Shown: piece by piece, positions 1-9,857 of the stretch
Layout: the number at the start of each line of letters is the position of its first letter
How positions within the stretch are numbered: the first letter of the stretch is position 1
Assembly: GCA_023249285.1 (NCBI GenBank)
Contig: JAHFCZ010000005.1
Span: forward strand, 1 to 35,471
Reading direction: 5' to 3'
Source of the DNA: a bacterium
GTDB taxonomy: Bacteria > Margulisbacteria > Marinamargulisbacteria > SXXA01 > JAHFDB01
Length of the DNA stretch: 35,471 bases
Notes under the pieces: model-generated
The model's input: only the letters and a program-made list of their open reading frames with translations
Told to the model about the DNA's origin: nothing
Databases searched by the model: none
Position numbers and translations under genes: made by a program

Positions 1-1264
1 ATGCATAGAGATGCTGGTCTTCAAGGGGCTTTTGATCGATGCACAGCCGCCCGTCTTGCGGGACCAAAAGCCCCATCAGAATATCGGCTAGCGTGGACTT
101 CCCGGCCCCGGAATGTCCAACAATGGCCGTAGTGGTATTTTTGGGGATCTGGCAGGTGACATTGATCAAGGCGGTGGTTTCTTGGAAATGGAGGCTGACG
201 TTTTCCAAACTCACCATTGCTGAGAACTGGATCGGCTCTTGGCGCAATTCCTCGCAATGCTGACCAAATTCTCGGAGCATGTCTTGGGCCTCGGTATAGA
301 CGGGGACGATATTAAGGACGCGTAAATAACTCTGTTGCAGGCTAGACAACCTGGGCATTAATCGCGAAAAAATGATCAGCAAGGCCAGCATAGTCACCAT
401 GGGGATCTGCAAAAAGACAATCGAGACCCCAAAAAGAGCTGCAAAAATGACCGAGGATCCCACGCGGACTTGGAGACGAATCCGACCTTGATGACGCCCA
501 AAAATCACTTGATTTTCTTGGGCCTCTCGATTGATCGCTTCAAACTTGTCCATATAGGCCGCCACATGATTATAGCTTTTGGCGAGCTTGAGGCCATCTA
601 GAAACTGACTGAGCTGGACTTGAAGTGCCCGACCAATGTTGAAATTGAGTTTCCCCAGATGCAATGCTTGGTGTTTTCGGGTATACGAAAACAGGATCAG
701 AGCCGCCGCCCCCGCCATCAGGGTGAGTGGTGGGGAGAGGATGAGCGAGAACACGATATAGGCCGCAATCACAATGCATTCCGAGATCATTTGGAGGCAG
801 TAGGTGGTCAGTGCAGAAATTTGGCCCATCCCCGCACAAATCATGTGGTGGGCGTGTTCAATTTTTTGGCGAAGAAGGAATGACCATTTGGCCCTTGCGA
901 CACAGGTATTGAGGTCTTGTTGCAGTTTGAATAGGAAATTCTGGCGCAACTGGACCTGAAGGATGCCCTGCCCGTACTCAATGAGGCTCACCATGGCGGT
1001 CATGATGATAAAAGCCCCCAACGTGACAACCAGCGGGATTTGCGTATTTACGTGAGGCAAGAAGCTGACCACGCGTCCAATTAATCCCTGATTTTGACCT
1101 TGTGGAAGCCACCCGGCATAGTGCAGGAGCGGCACTAGGAGTAAGAGCCCTGCCCCCGCCAAGGTGGTGTTGAGGATCATCACCGCAACGCCAAGGTAAA
1201 ATTGGATGGGGTTAAACGCAATCAGCGCTTTTAAATAGATCCTGAAGTGGTGAAGCGGAGTCAT
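1..1264 (-). CDS. ABC exporter (TMD+NBD), lasso-cluster D-like; 3' end runs off the window
   Basis: Not in the ORF track; both ends translated by hand and in the same frame. Begins MTPLHHFRIYLKALIAF...AGAGLLLLVPLL (ATGA overlap with the upstream stop) and reaches Walker A TTAIVGHSGAGKSTLADILMGLL near 70-135. Confidence 0.9.
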   Translation of the reverse strand, partial: MTPLHHFRIYLKALIAFNPIQFYLGVAVMILNTTLAGAGLLLLVPLLHYAGWLPQGQNQGLIGRVVSFLPHVNTQIPLVVTLGAFIIMTAMVSLIEYGQGILQVQLRQNFLFKLQQDLNTCVARAKWSFLLRQKIEHAHHMICAGMGQISALTTYCLQMISECIVIAAYIVFSLILSPPLTLMAGAAALILFSYTRKHQALHLGKLNFNIGRALQVQLSQFLDGLKLAKSYNHVAAYMDKFEAINREAQENQVIFGRHQGRIRLQVRVGSSVIFAALFGVSIVFLQIPMVTMLALLIIFSRLMPRLSSLQQSYLRVLNIVPVYTEAQDMLREFGQHCEELRQEPIQFSAMVSLENVSLHFQETTALINVTCQIPKNTTTAIVGHSGAGKSTLADILMGLLVPQDGRLCIDQKPLEDQHLYA

Positions 1265-2847
1265 GTCCATTTTTGTAAGAGACTTACGCTCGCCACCCGC
1301 CAAAAACCCCAACGTGGGTTGGCCAGTCGGAGCGTAACCGCGCGTTCAGATTTCATCAACATTTTTTGGAGATATTCCCATTTTTGAGCCCAGGTTTTCA
1401 GGAGGAGTTGGTGGTAGAAAAAGTAGGTGTAGGCATGGGTATTGTGGTCCTCGTCAGGGTGGGTGGAATACCGCCTCCAAATGCGATTAATATGTCGGAC
1501 TCGGAACCGGATCCAAAGGGCGTCCCAAACTCCCACCCGTCGGGACAATTTTTGAGGTAAAATAGGCTTGATTTTTAAAAATTTTTCCAACATGTACTGT
1601 GCCTCCAGCACGCTTCGGGCAAGGTTTCTCTCCCGCATTAAGGCGTCGATTTTCTCCCAATCAAGTGGCACTTTCTGAACAAACTGGGCGATATCCACTA
1701 ACCAAGCGATGCGTTGCCAACAATGCTTTGCCCCATGGAAGCACAGATACAGAAAGTAAGCCTCCGGCTGGGGGATCGGGATTTCCTCGACCTGGGTGAA
1801 CGGTATTAAGGGGATTGGGTTGACTTCATGGACCTGGGAATGGAGCTCGATCACGTGGTGATGGTCGGGATGTACATAACTAAAATCGACGGTGGGGGGG
1901 AGCTTTTGGGCCGCCATCCTGCGATATATGTCGCTCTGTGGCTGATACCCGAGGCTCAGAAGTGCGTCGTGGGCCTCCCAAAAGTGGTCCTGGGCTACCA
2001 ACAGATCAATATCTCGGGAAAAGCGCCTGAAGACCTCGCCATATAACAAGGTGTTGAGCGGGGTCCCTTTGAGAAATACAACGGGGATTTGTCGGGCTTT
2101 GAAAGTGTCGCTGACCGTATGGGTTAAAGCCTTCAAGGCCAATGTTGCATAGACATTGCGGTCCCGTACCTGTTTGGCTTGTTGTGCGATGGGATGGCCC
2201 GCACCCAACTGTGCGATCACCGTATCCGTGAGTAGTAAATGGAGGCGATGCCGCGTCATAAGCGTCTGAAAACGTTGGGGACTCAGGGCCGCACACTGGC
2301 TGGCTGTGAGCGGCATCGGGGGATTCCCTGTCACCGCTGCGCGAATCCAATCCAAGAGGAGGGCCCATTCTTGATGGCGGGAGGGCCGAACTGCTTCCTT
2401 GGCATAGGTCCCAACCACACCGTAGGTCACATGCCGATGCAGGCCCACTGCCCAGCGCGGGCCGCAGCGTAGCCAGGCATGGGCTGCAAAAGACCCTGGG
2501 GGCTTATTTTGGCCTTCTGGGGTTTTTTCGGCGCGGATCATGCCTACGTACAGGGTGGTATCTAGGCCTCGTTTATTGAGCATGCTCTGGGCAGCCAACG
2601 CTTTGTCGAGACAGAGGCTTTTCCAAGGCACGCACCGACTCACAAAGGCAATCACCGATTGCACCAAGGCCACGTGATCTTGTTCGGTGTCTGTGAGGGG
2701 TGTTTTGAGGGTTTCAGCCTGTTCAATCCCCCACTTGGACCGCCATTTTGGAAAGGGAACCCAGACAATTAGAAAGCGCCACCACGCCAGCCAGAAGAGA
2801 CCCTCCAGACAAGGCCAGGCATAGCGCTTAATTTTTTTCGTCGGCAA
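1261..2847 (-). CDS. Fusion: lasso peptide B2 (transglutaminase-like leader peptidase) + NTP_transf_5-type nucleotidyltransferase
   Basis: N-terminal ~150 aa has VPWKSLCLDKALAAQSML and AAHAWLRCG (Cys/His of B2 peptidases). C-terminal part has VFLKG, RFSRDIDLLV, IELH and HGAKHCWQRIAWLVDI. Confidence 0.88.
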   Translation of the reverse strand: MPTKKIKRYAWPCLEGLFWLAWWRFLIVWVPFPKWRSKWGIEQAETLKTPLTDTEQDHVALVQSVIAFVSRCVPWKSLCLDKALAAQSMLNKRGLDTTLYVGMIRAEKTPEGQNKPPGSFAAHAWLRCGPRWAVGLHRHVTYGVVGTYAKEAVRPSRHQEWALLLDWIRAAVTGNPPMPLTASQCAALSPQRFQTLMTRHRLHLLLTDTVIAQLGAGHPIAQQAKQVRDRNVYATLALKALTHTVSDTFKARQIPVVFLKGTPLNTLLYGEVFRRFSRDIDLLVAQDHFWEAHDALLSLGYQPQSDIYRRMAAQKLPPTVDFSYVHPDHHHVIELHSQVHEVNPIPLIPFTQVEEIPIPQPEAYFLYLCFHGAKHCWQRIAWLVDIAQFVQKVPLDWEKIDALMRERNLARSVLEAQYMLEKFLKIKPILPQKLSRRVGVWDALWIRFRVRHINRIWRRYSTHPDEDHNTHAYTYFFYHQLLLKTWAQKWEYLQKMLMKSERAVTLRLANPRWGFWRVASVSLLQKWT

Positions 2848-3103
2848 CAGAGATGAGTTTATTTTCGGTCAACTGTAAAATAAAAGGGGCGATATCTTGG
2901 CTGCATTGCTCGGGCGTAATGTCATACACTGCAACTAGCTTTTCAACGAGGGCTTCTTGGGTGAGGGGCTGCTCTAAGAGTTCCCAAATTTTACGGGCGA
3001 CGGGATTGAGCCCAAAATAGCGCCCTTGGTCACTATCCATCATGACTAAATCGTCATCAATCTGGGTCCCAATGACGGTGGTATTACGTATAAAAGTAGG
3101 CAT
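2828..3103 (-). CDS. PqqD-family RiPP recognition element (lasso B1/RRE)
   Basis: IDDDLVMMDSDQGRYFGLNPVARKIWELLEQP...YDITPEQCSQDI...L pattern. Start moved to ATG 3103, which has GAGG upstream; ATG 3136 lies inside the predicted -10 box. Confidence 0.92.
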   Translation of the reverse strand: MPTFIRNTTVIGTQIDDDLVMMDSDQGRYFGLNPVARKIWELLEQPLTQEALVEKLVAVYDITPEQCSQDIAPFILQLTENKLISVADEKN

Positions 3104-3131
3104 AAAAGGCCCTCTGGGGGAATGATGGAAT

Positions 3132-3160
3132 ATCATAACTCATGGAGCCTAGGGTTTCAA
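3132..3160 (-). promoter_or_regulatory. Predicted sigma70 promoter for the RRE-B2/NTase-ABC module
   Basis: Minus strand reads TTGAAA (3160-3155), 17 nt, TATGAT (3137-3132) in the 82-nt intergenic gap. Confidence 0.6.
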
Positions 3161-3185
3161 CTTTCAGGTCATAATTCTGATCTTT

Positions 3186-4478
3186 CTATGGGGCTAGATC
3201 AGATATAACCTCACGGTAGGTGGGTTCCCAGCCTTCTAAAAGATGGTTATGCCATAAAAATACAAAAATACCCTTATATTTTTTAATCTTATTTTTATAC
3301 TTATGAAATGTTTTTCTGACCTCATTAGGACCCTGTTGTCGGTAGTTTATGAGCGTATGCTCCATTAGAACTAGGGGATATTCTAGCAACCGCAATGTTT
3401 TTTGAGTTACAACATTGAAGGGATGGAAGGCAACGCAAGTTCCACATCGAAATCCTTCACAATCTGCGTACCCCAAAGATGAGTCAATACTCATTCCAGA
3501 GTCTTCCCAAAGCTGCCAGGTGTCAGGTATTGAGAATCGCAGAAAATGTTGCCTACCCTCACGGATAGGTCCGCTCACTACATTTTGGAGTGCCGTAAGC
3601 TCAGCATTCCATAGAGAGGGTTGATTAAATGAATCAAAACTAGGATGGAATCCGATAATATGCCCGCGTTTTTGAATCTGACGGATAAGCGTTTTGAGAG
3701 AAGGATCTTGAATGTCAAAATAATAATCGTACTCATGGTGTCCACCGCTCATGAAATAAAAATGTGATTTCAAGCCATAACGTTCCGACTGGAGCATTAG
3801 AAAATCAAAATAATTGGGTGAAAAAATCCTTTGTATTGCTTGCCGAAGGCGACGGCGCTTGATGATATCTCCGACGCACTTGCGGAATCGAGAGCGAAAT
3901 CCAAAACCAACAAAGGGGACATCTACATCATGGGTGACCATCACTTGATAAGATTGGTCTTTTCGAGGATGAGTTATTCCCAGATGGACCAACATCGCCC
4001 AAAGCATTTCAGTATATTCATTCACAATAGGCCGATCCAAAAATCCTTTTTTGTAGGCCAAAGAAGCTGTAGCTGGAAATCGATTGAGATCATCACGGGT
4101 TGGCAAAACGGCTTCTTCCCATCGCGTCAGCATAAAAAAAACAGAAGCAACTAGATCTATCCCACAGTAAAGTCCCTCCTCCCGCCACTCCATTTTATCG
4201 TTACCATACAAAATAGGAATATCTTCCTCTGGAATAAAAGGGAGTTGAGCGAAAGATACCTCAGTAGGGATGGCTTTTGGCACCAAGTAGCCATTGGTAT
4301 TTTTTGAAAAAAAAACATCTGGGAAAATAAGGGTCTTTCCGTTTTCTAAAAGGAGGTGATAGGCATCCTCCAGGTGATAAGAAAGCGAAAATTCGACTCC
4401 CAAAAAATCAGTTAAAAGAGTACGCCAAACGTAGACTTTTTCAGGCGAAAATAGTGGATTTATACAAAGCGTAATCAC
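3186..4478 (-). CDS. Polysaccharide deacetylase-like protein
   Basis: VTHDVD, IGFHPS, GRQHFLRF, DSSLGY, GFRCGT and FLWHN motifs, with N-terminal FFMLTRWEE...RPIVNEY. GTG 4478 overlaps the GT2 stop (track start 4496). Confidence 0.8.
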   Translation of the reverse strand: MITLCINPLFSPEKVYVWRTLLTDFLGVEFSLSYHLEDAYHLLLENGKTLIFPDVFFSKNTNGYLVPKAIPTEVSFAQLPFIPEEDIPILYGNDKMEWREEGLYCGIDLVASVFFMLTRWEEAVLPTRDDLNRFPATASLAYKKGFLDRPIVNEYTEMLWAMLVHLGITHPRKDQSYQVMVTHDVDVPFVGFGFRSRFRKCVGDIIKRRRLRQAIQRIFSPNYFDFLMLQSERYGLKSHFYFMSGGHHEYDYYFDIQDPSLKTLIRQIQKRGHIIGFHPSFDSFNQPSLWNAELTALQNVVSGPIREGRQHFLRFSIPDTWQLWEDSGMSIDSSLGYADCEGFRCGTCVAFHPFNVVTQKTLRLLEYPLVLMEHTLINYRQQGPNEVRKTFHKYKNKIKKYKGIFVFLWHNHLLEGWEPTYREVISDLAP

Positions 4479-5503
4479 GCGTACACTAGCGGCCACACTC
4501 GTCTTAAAAGGGGCTTAATCGTTTTCAGGAATTGTCGAATCGGAGCAAGATTAAGTACAATATAAAGTATTTTGGCTAGCCAAAGTGGAAGATTGGCAAT
4601 GGGGTAGATATACCCCCAATAGAGACATTTTTTTTGGCCGAAAAGACGCCTTAGTCGGGCTTGCAAAAAAGAATTCATTTTAAAGCCAGATACTTTATGC
4701 AGCAGCGTCTGGGCCAGGAAATTTTTCAAGTATCCCCGAGTCATTGTTTGGAGTAATGCAACGGGAACCACTGTTGTCGCATCCTGAGCGCAAATAGAAT
4801 AGACATCCAAAGAACCGCTAAAAATCTCAAAAAGCATTTGACCACTGCAGTTCTTCCAAGAATCATCGGGAATACGACAGACAATATAGTTAGGGTTGGC
4901 AACCACATAGGCATTTCCTTCAGAGAAATTCCGAAGCCAGATCCCAACCTGCACATAATGAGATCCTAGAAAATCCTCAATAGGGGTTTGCGTGAAATAA
5001 CGCCGCCGCATCACTGTGGCCGGCAAAAAGCTAGGTGCCCGATCAAGTACAGAGAAGTAGTCTGCCGCCGTATTAAAATAAAAGTCTTCTTGCAGAGACA
5101 GCTGTGGTGGCGCGATTTCTTGAGAAAGATCCCCATTTAAATGCTGGTAATTAAAATAGATGAAATTAGTTTTAGGGAATTGATTTAAAATATCAAAGAA
5201 TTTTTGGAAGGTCCCGGGTCTGAAGATGTCATCTTGGCCACTGAGCCAAATATACTCCCCTTGAGCATGGACTGTTGATTGGACAAAATTACGATCCATT
5301 CCGAGATTTTTTTTGTTTTGATATGCATGGATAAAGGGGTGCCGAGCCGCATACTCTTGCGCGATTGCAAAGGTAGTATCCTTGGATCGGTCATCGCACA
5401 AAATAATTTCAATGTCAGGTCTCATTTGAGAGACTAAGCTGTCTAAAAACTCAGGCAAAAATGAGGCTCCGTTATAAATCGGAACACATATAGAAAGTTT
5501 CAT
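4475..5503 (-). CDS. Family 2 glycosyltransferase
   Basis: LSICVPIYNG, EIILCDDRSKD, NLGMDRNF, GEYIWLSGQDD. Confidence 0.92.
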   Translation of the reverse strand: MKLSICVPIYNGASFLPEFLDSLVSQMRPDIEIILCDDRSKDTTFAIAQEYAARHPFIHAYQNKKNLGMDRNFVQSTVHAQGEYIWLSGQDDIFRPGTFQKFFDILNQFPKTNFIYFNYQHLNGDLSQEIAPPQLSLQEDFYFNTAADYFSVLDRAPSFLPATVMRRRYFTQTPIEDFLGSHYVQVGIWLRNFSEGNAYVVANPNYIVCRIPDDSWKNCSGQMLFEIFSGSLDVYSICAQDATTVVPVALLQTMTRGYLKNFLAQTLLHKVSGFKMNSFLQARLRRLFGQKKCLYWGYIYPIANLPLWLAKILYIVLNLAPIRQFLKTIKPLLRRVWPLVYA

Positions 5504-7314
5504 GAGGCTATCCTTTTTTCAAAATTAAGCTGATGGATCAATTTAAACCAGTCATTCTTTTTCAGAAGTTCCTCGTAAGTTCCGCTGGCTGCAATATGAC
5601 CAGCCTCCATCAGAAACAACTTATCGCAGTGTTTCACGGTACTCAATCGATGGGCAATGATCACAAGGGTTTTGGATCGACCCAATTCCACAATAGCCTC
5701 TGATACCGCGGATTCTGTTTCGGCATCCAATGCACTCGTTGCTTCATCAAACACCAAGACTTCAGGATTGTGATACAACGCCCTTGCAATGCCAATTCTT
5801 TGGCGTTGCCCACCGGATAATTTGACCCCTTTGTCTCCCACCACCGTCTCAATGCCTTGCGGAAGTTTTTGAATCCACGAAGACAGCTGTGCGGCCTGAA
5901 GAACCTCCTGTATCCGAGAGGATGAAATGTGATCTTCAGGGATTCCAAACGCAATATTTTTCTCAATTGTATCATCCAGCAGGTAGATAGACTGAGGAAC
6001 ATAGCCGATCAATTGATGCCAGGCCGGGAGGTTGTCTTGAATAGAGACTCCATCAACATAAATCCCCCCCCGCTGAGGATTGAGCACCCCTAACAGCACA
6101 TCTATCAAGGTTGTTTTTCCTGCCCCAGAACTACCCACAATCCCAACGGTACTAGATTTGGCAATCTCAAAAGAGAGCTCGTGAAGGGCATATTCATCTC
6201 GAGAAGGGTACATAAAGGAAAGATCGGCAACCTTAATTTGAGTAGAAAATGTGAGGGGAGCTAGTAGAGGGGGAGGGGGCGTACTCTCAGCGTAAGTGCT
6301 CATTTCTGTGAACAAGGTTTCTAGAGAAATGAGTGTCATCCGCATTTGAGTCACGCCAGCTGTCATCGTGTTCACTAAAGGAAGGACTCTGATCAAAGAT
6401 AAAATATATAAACTGAGCGTAGGCAAGATCAGCTCAAGGTGACCCCCTGAGAGCATAAATGTCGAGATAAAAGCTGCGAATGCAATCACAAAAAATAATT
6501 CTAGCCCTAATTTTGGAATTAATTGATATTCTTGTAACGTCACCGCAATCCGTCGATACCGGTCTGCAATGGTGTTAAATCGCGAGAGGAAAAAAGCGCG
6601 ACGCTCTAGGATCACGACTTCTTTAAAGGCGCCTAAACTCTCCTGAATACATTTATACATATCCACCAGAATTCTATCTTGCTCCTGACCGATTGCATGC
6701 GCCTTTTTCTTAGTAGCCGCTAAGTAAAGCGTCACAAAAATAGAAATCCCGAGGGAAATACTTAAAGTGGCCACAAGATTGTTAAATAACAGGAGTCCAA
6801 AAATGAAAGAAAAAAGAAAAAAACTTGAGATCACGCCCAGTAAATTTTGCAAGAATATCAACACAAAATTATTAATTTGCCCCGTGCACTGGTGGATCAA
6901 AAAAGCGGTGTTTCTCTCCATAAAATGCTCGTAAGGCATCCCCAAATATAGTTTGAGTAAGCGCATTCCCAATGCACCCCGAAGCGTATGAAGGACAGAC
7001 GCCTGAAACTTTTGAGTAAAAAATAAGATCACATTTTTGATTAAGAATACCCCCACCACCATAGCGCTCATGCCGACTACTGCCTGGGCCTGGGTATGGA
7101 TATGAGCAATATGAGAGAGCCAGATCAAGGCAGAATAGCGGGTCATAAAATGAGGATCCAGCACAACACCAAGAAGCGGAAAAATAATGCCGATGCCCAG
7201 CATTTCAAGAAAAGAAGTCCCCACAATAAGTGCAGTTAAAAGGGCTATTTTAAATCGATTTCCTCTCCCCAAGATGAAGCTCAGTTTGAGAAAGAGATGA
7301 CGTATACGAATCAT
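5500..7314 (-). CDS. ABC transporter ATP-binding/permease, PglK/HetA-like glycan flippase
   Basis: Hydrophobic N-terminal half, Walker A GSSGAGKT, LSGGQRQRIGIARALY, DEATSALD, IAHRLST; glycan-locus context. Confidence 0.9.
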   Translation of the reverse strand: MIRIRHLFLKLSFILGRGNRFKIALLTALIVGTSFLEMLGIGIIFPLLGVVLDPHFMTRYSALIWLSHIAHIHTQAQAVVGMSAMVVGVFLIKNVILFFTQKFQASVLHTLRGALGMRLLKLYLGMPYEHFMERNTAFLIHQCTGQINNFVLIFLQNLLGVISSFFLFSFIFGLLLFNNLVATLSISLGISIFVTLYLAATKKKAHAIGQEQDRILVDMYKCIQESLGAFKEVVILERRAFFLSRFNTIADRYRRIAVTLQEYQLIPKLGLELFFVIAFAAFISTFMLSGGHLELILPTLSLYILSLIRVLPLVNTMTAGVTQMRMTLISLETLFTEMSTYAESTPPPPLLAPLTFSTQIKVADLSFMYPSRDEYALHELSFEIAKSSTVGIVGSSGAGKTTLIDVLLGVLNPQRGGIYVDGVSIQDNLPAWHQLIGYVPQSIYLLDDTIEKNIAFGIPEDHISSSRIQEVLQAAQLSSWIQKLPQGIETVVGDKGVKLSGGQRQRIGIARALYHNPEVLVFDEATSALDAETESAVSEAIVELGRSKTLVIIAHRLSTVKHCDKLFLMEAGHIAASGTYEELLKKNDWFKLIHQLNFEKRIAS

Positions 7315-8069
7315 AAAATTGAGGGTGTCCCAGGGAGAGAAAAAAGTTGTCGATTAAGCTTGATGCATTTTTCTAGAACATAGCGACTATTGACGAAAAC
7401 CGATACAAGAAAGATCAAGAGCGTAATCCGAGTAGAATAAGATCCAAAGGCCGCAGGGATTAACAGAAAAACGGTATGCCCATGGATCAAAAAAATACAG
7501 GGCATGATCCATTGTTTGAATTTTTTTAGAGGCGATAGTGGCGCGGTTGGAGCCGCACTAGGTGTGGGGGTGTCAAGCTCAGGGAATTTGGAGAATAACT
7601 GCAGCTCCAATGTAGTTGATTTTTCGCTTAAAACAGCGTAAAAAAGAAAAAAAGTTGAAGATAAAAATGCTAGAATTTGAATATCAATGCTCGGGTATTT
7701 AATACTAATAGCTAGAAAAAACAACAATAACTTAATGTGATCGGTCATATGATCGTAAAAAGCCCCGTTTGGCGTAGATTGATGGGTCAGACGCGCGATC
7801 ATGCCATCACACATATCGCAAGACAGTGCCAAACTCCAAAATACAGCAAAGATCCAGGGGGAAACAGGTAACAACAAAAAGAATAGTCCGACGAGTGCTA
7901 AAAAATTGGAGAGGGTAGTCGCTTGATTGGGGGTTATTTTGAGCCGCATTAAAAGGTGCATCAACGGGATGCTTAAAATATAGAGAGCTCGCATCATTGG
8001 GATCTGATGGGTGAAGTGATTAAATACCGAAAAATAGGTAGAAAAACGGTGGCGTAAAGAAGCTAGCAT
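7311..8069 (-). CDS. CDP-alcohol phosphotransferase family membrane protein
   Basis: Full signature DxxDGxxAR(x8)GxxxDxxxD = DMCDGMIARLTHQSTPNGAFYDHMTD, with ITPNQAT upstream. Confidence 0.9.
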   Translation of the reverse strand: MLASLRHRFSTYFSVFNHFTHQIPMMRALYILSIPLMHLLMRLKITPNQATTLSNFLALVGLFFLLLPVSPWIFAVFWSLALSCDMCDGMIARLTHQSTPNGAFYDHMTDHIKLLLFFLAISIKYPSIDIQILAFLSSTFFLFYAVLSEKSTTLELQLFSKFPELDTPTPSAAPTAPLSPLKKFKQWIMPCIFLIHGHTVFLLIPAAFGSYSTRITLLIFLVSVFVNSRYVLEKCIKLNRQLFSLPGTPSIL

Positions 8070-9181
8070 GCGGTTCTCAACACCTCAAACAACGTGTCCA
8101 TTGGCACTATCCCATTCTTGATTCGGTTGTTTTGAAACACAGACCTGCATAACTCGGGGAAATCATCCTGAGGGAGATAGGTCCATAATAAATGAGATAC
8201 GCCGATGGTATCAAAAAATGCTTTGATTTTCTCCGATGGATTTTGCCCAAATATTTCGTTTAAAGCGGCATCCACAGGTTCCGAAATGCCCTGTGCAACG
8301 TAAGCGATATGTGGAAGTGAAAAACTGCAAGCAATCCCGTGTGCAACCCCATATTTTGCGGTTAAATAATACGAAATGGCATGAGCAACCGCGGTTTGTG
8401 TGTTAGAAAATGCAAGCCCCGCGTATACGGTTGCAAGCATCATCTGATCCCGACACTGTTGATTATCTAGATCGGAAAGGAGGTCCGGCAAAGTAGCCAG
8501 TATTAGTTTAGCACCTTGAATTGCAAAAGCTGTTGAGATGGGATTTGCTTGAATATTCCAGATAGATTCTAAGCAATGAGACAGCGCATCAAGACCCGTT
8601 TGGAGGGTCAATTGGCGTGGAAGAGAGTGTGTTAATTCAGGATCATAAATACACGCTTCTGGCCATAAATCAGGTAAATGGAGTGAAAATTTCTGTTTGA
8701 GGTCCATGTCCCATATCGTCGCCCAAGGCGTTAACTCACTCGAAGTTCCTGCCGTGGTTGGCACGCAGATCAATGGGGTGGTGGTATAATGCAAGTGTGA
8801 TATTTCCCCCAAGATATATTGGGAAATCAGTGAGAAATGAGGTGCATCTACCGAGAACACCTTCGCGCTATCCATCACACTCCCCCCCCCAATGGCTAAA
8901 ATAACGTCAAATTGCGAGCGATCCAAACGGGTATAAATGGCGGCCATTTGCGACAACGTAGGATTAGGTGAAATATCAGAGACCACGGCTACTGGCCATA
9001 TGGCGGCTGCATTTAATTTATCAACCAATCCTCGCTCAACAAAGCCAGCTGAAGTTATGATAAGCACACGCCGGCCCCTAACCCATTCAGCTAAGCGTTG
9101 AAAATACCCTCGTCCAAAATAAATCTGCACTGGAATTTGATAAGAAAAATTAGTGACCGAAGAGTTGTTGCGCACGCTCAT
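8063..9181 (-). CDS. Iron-containing alcohol dehydrogenase, probable phosphonoacetaldehyde reductase
   Basis: AIGGGSVMDSAK, VPTTAGTSSE, GLDALSHCLES, AHAISY, HGIAC. Start probably ATG 9181 rather than 9379. Specific function inferred from adjacency to pepM/ppd. Confidence 0.85.
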   Translation of the reverse strand: MSVRNNSSVTNFSYQIPVQIYFGRGYFQRLAEWVRGRRVLIITSAGFVERGLVDKLNAAAIWPVAVVSDISPNPTLSQMAAIYTRLDRSQFDVILAIGGGSVMDSAKVFSVDAPHFSLISQYILGEISHLHYTTTPLICVPTTAGTSSELTPWATIWDMDLKQKFSLHLPDLWPEACIYDPELTHSLPRQLTLQTGLDALSHCLESIWNIQANPISTAFAIQGAKLILATLPDLLSDLDNQQCRDQMMLATVYAGLAFSNTQTAVAHAISYYLTAKYGVAHGIACSFSLPHIAYVAQGISEPVDAALNEIFGQNPSEKIKAFFDTIGVSHLLWTYLPQDDFPELCRSVFQNNRIKNGIVPMDTLFEVLRTAC

Positions 9182-9857
9182 AATCCTTAAGAAAATCGAT
9201 TTCAACCCATCGAGCACCGTTAGTAGAGATACAATAGATTTTCGAATAAGCGGCAAGTTTTGTAAAGGCATCCGTATCGTAATACATGAGGCTATCATTG
9301 CTGAGGGTCGTTTCAATGACCGAAAACAAGCGGACAGGGTCTCGACAGCAAGCAATGCCGATCCATTCCCCGTCAGCATGGGCCACTTCTTTACTGGACT
9401 CGATCAAAAAATGGCCCTTCGTTTTGACCTTCATCGCTTCAGCATCCGTAGGTCCAAAGTCCGTTGTCAACACCAGGTCATCTTGTCCTGTATCAAAATG
9501 AGCTAAAGTTTCCTCTAAAATAACCGAGTCATAAATAATATCCCCGTGGAGATAGATGAAAGAATCAGATCCTACAAAATCTCTCGCAACCCAAAGTGAA
9601 CCCATATTGTTACAGTGGGAAAAGAAAGGATTGGGAAGGTAAGTAATTTGATCCCCCAAAGCTGCTTTGATTAAGTCCTGTTTATACCCTGTAACAATAG
9701 CAATCTGGGAAATACCTTGCTGGCGAAGCAAGGTAATTGAGCGGGCCAATAGGGTTGTTCCGGCAATTGGCAAGAGTCCCTTCGGCTGGGTAAGGGTCAA
9801 GGGGTAAAGCCGGCTTGAAAGTCCAGCTGCTACAATAACCGCTTTTTTAATCGACAT
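9150..9857 (-). CDS. LicC/PntC-like (phosphocholine/phosphonate) cytidylyltransferase
   Basis: KAVIVAAGLSSRLYPLT..PKGLL, NNMGSL, HGDIIY, WVEIDFLKDYERA. Confidence 0.82.
   Translation of the reverse strand: MSIKKAVIVAAGLSSRLYPLTLTQPKGLLPIAGTTLLARSITLLRQQGISQIAIVTGYKQDLIKAALGDQITYLPNPFFSHCNNMGSLWVARDFVGSDSFIYLHGDIIYDSVILEETLAHFDTGQDDLVLTTDFGPTDAEAMKVKTKGHFLIESSKEVAHADGEWIGIACCRDPVRLFSVIETTLSNDSLMYYDTDAFTKLAAYSKIYCISTNGARWVEIDFLKDYERAQQLFGH

Noticed and set aside
21-2472. Short ORFs in the track as lasso precursor candidates
   Set aside because: All overlap the ABC or B2/NTase genes in other frames or antisense, and none shows a convincing [YW]xxPxL...T-x-G leader/core pattern.
9182-9379. N-terminal extension of the Fe-ADH in the ORF track
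   Set aside because: It overlaps the cytidylyltransferase by about 200 nt and the family-like sequence begins near FSYQIPVQIYFG. The extensions at 18385 and 28544 were rejected the same way.
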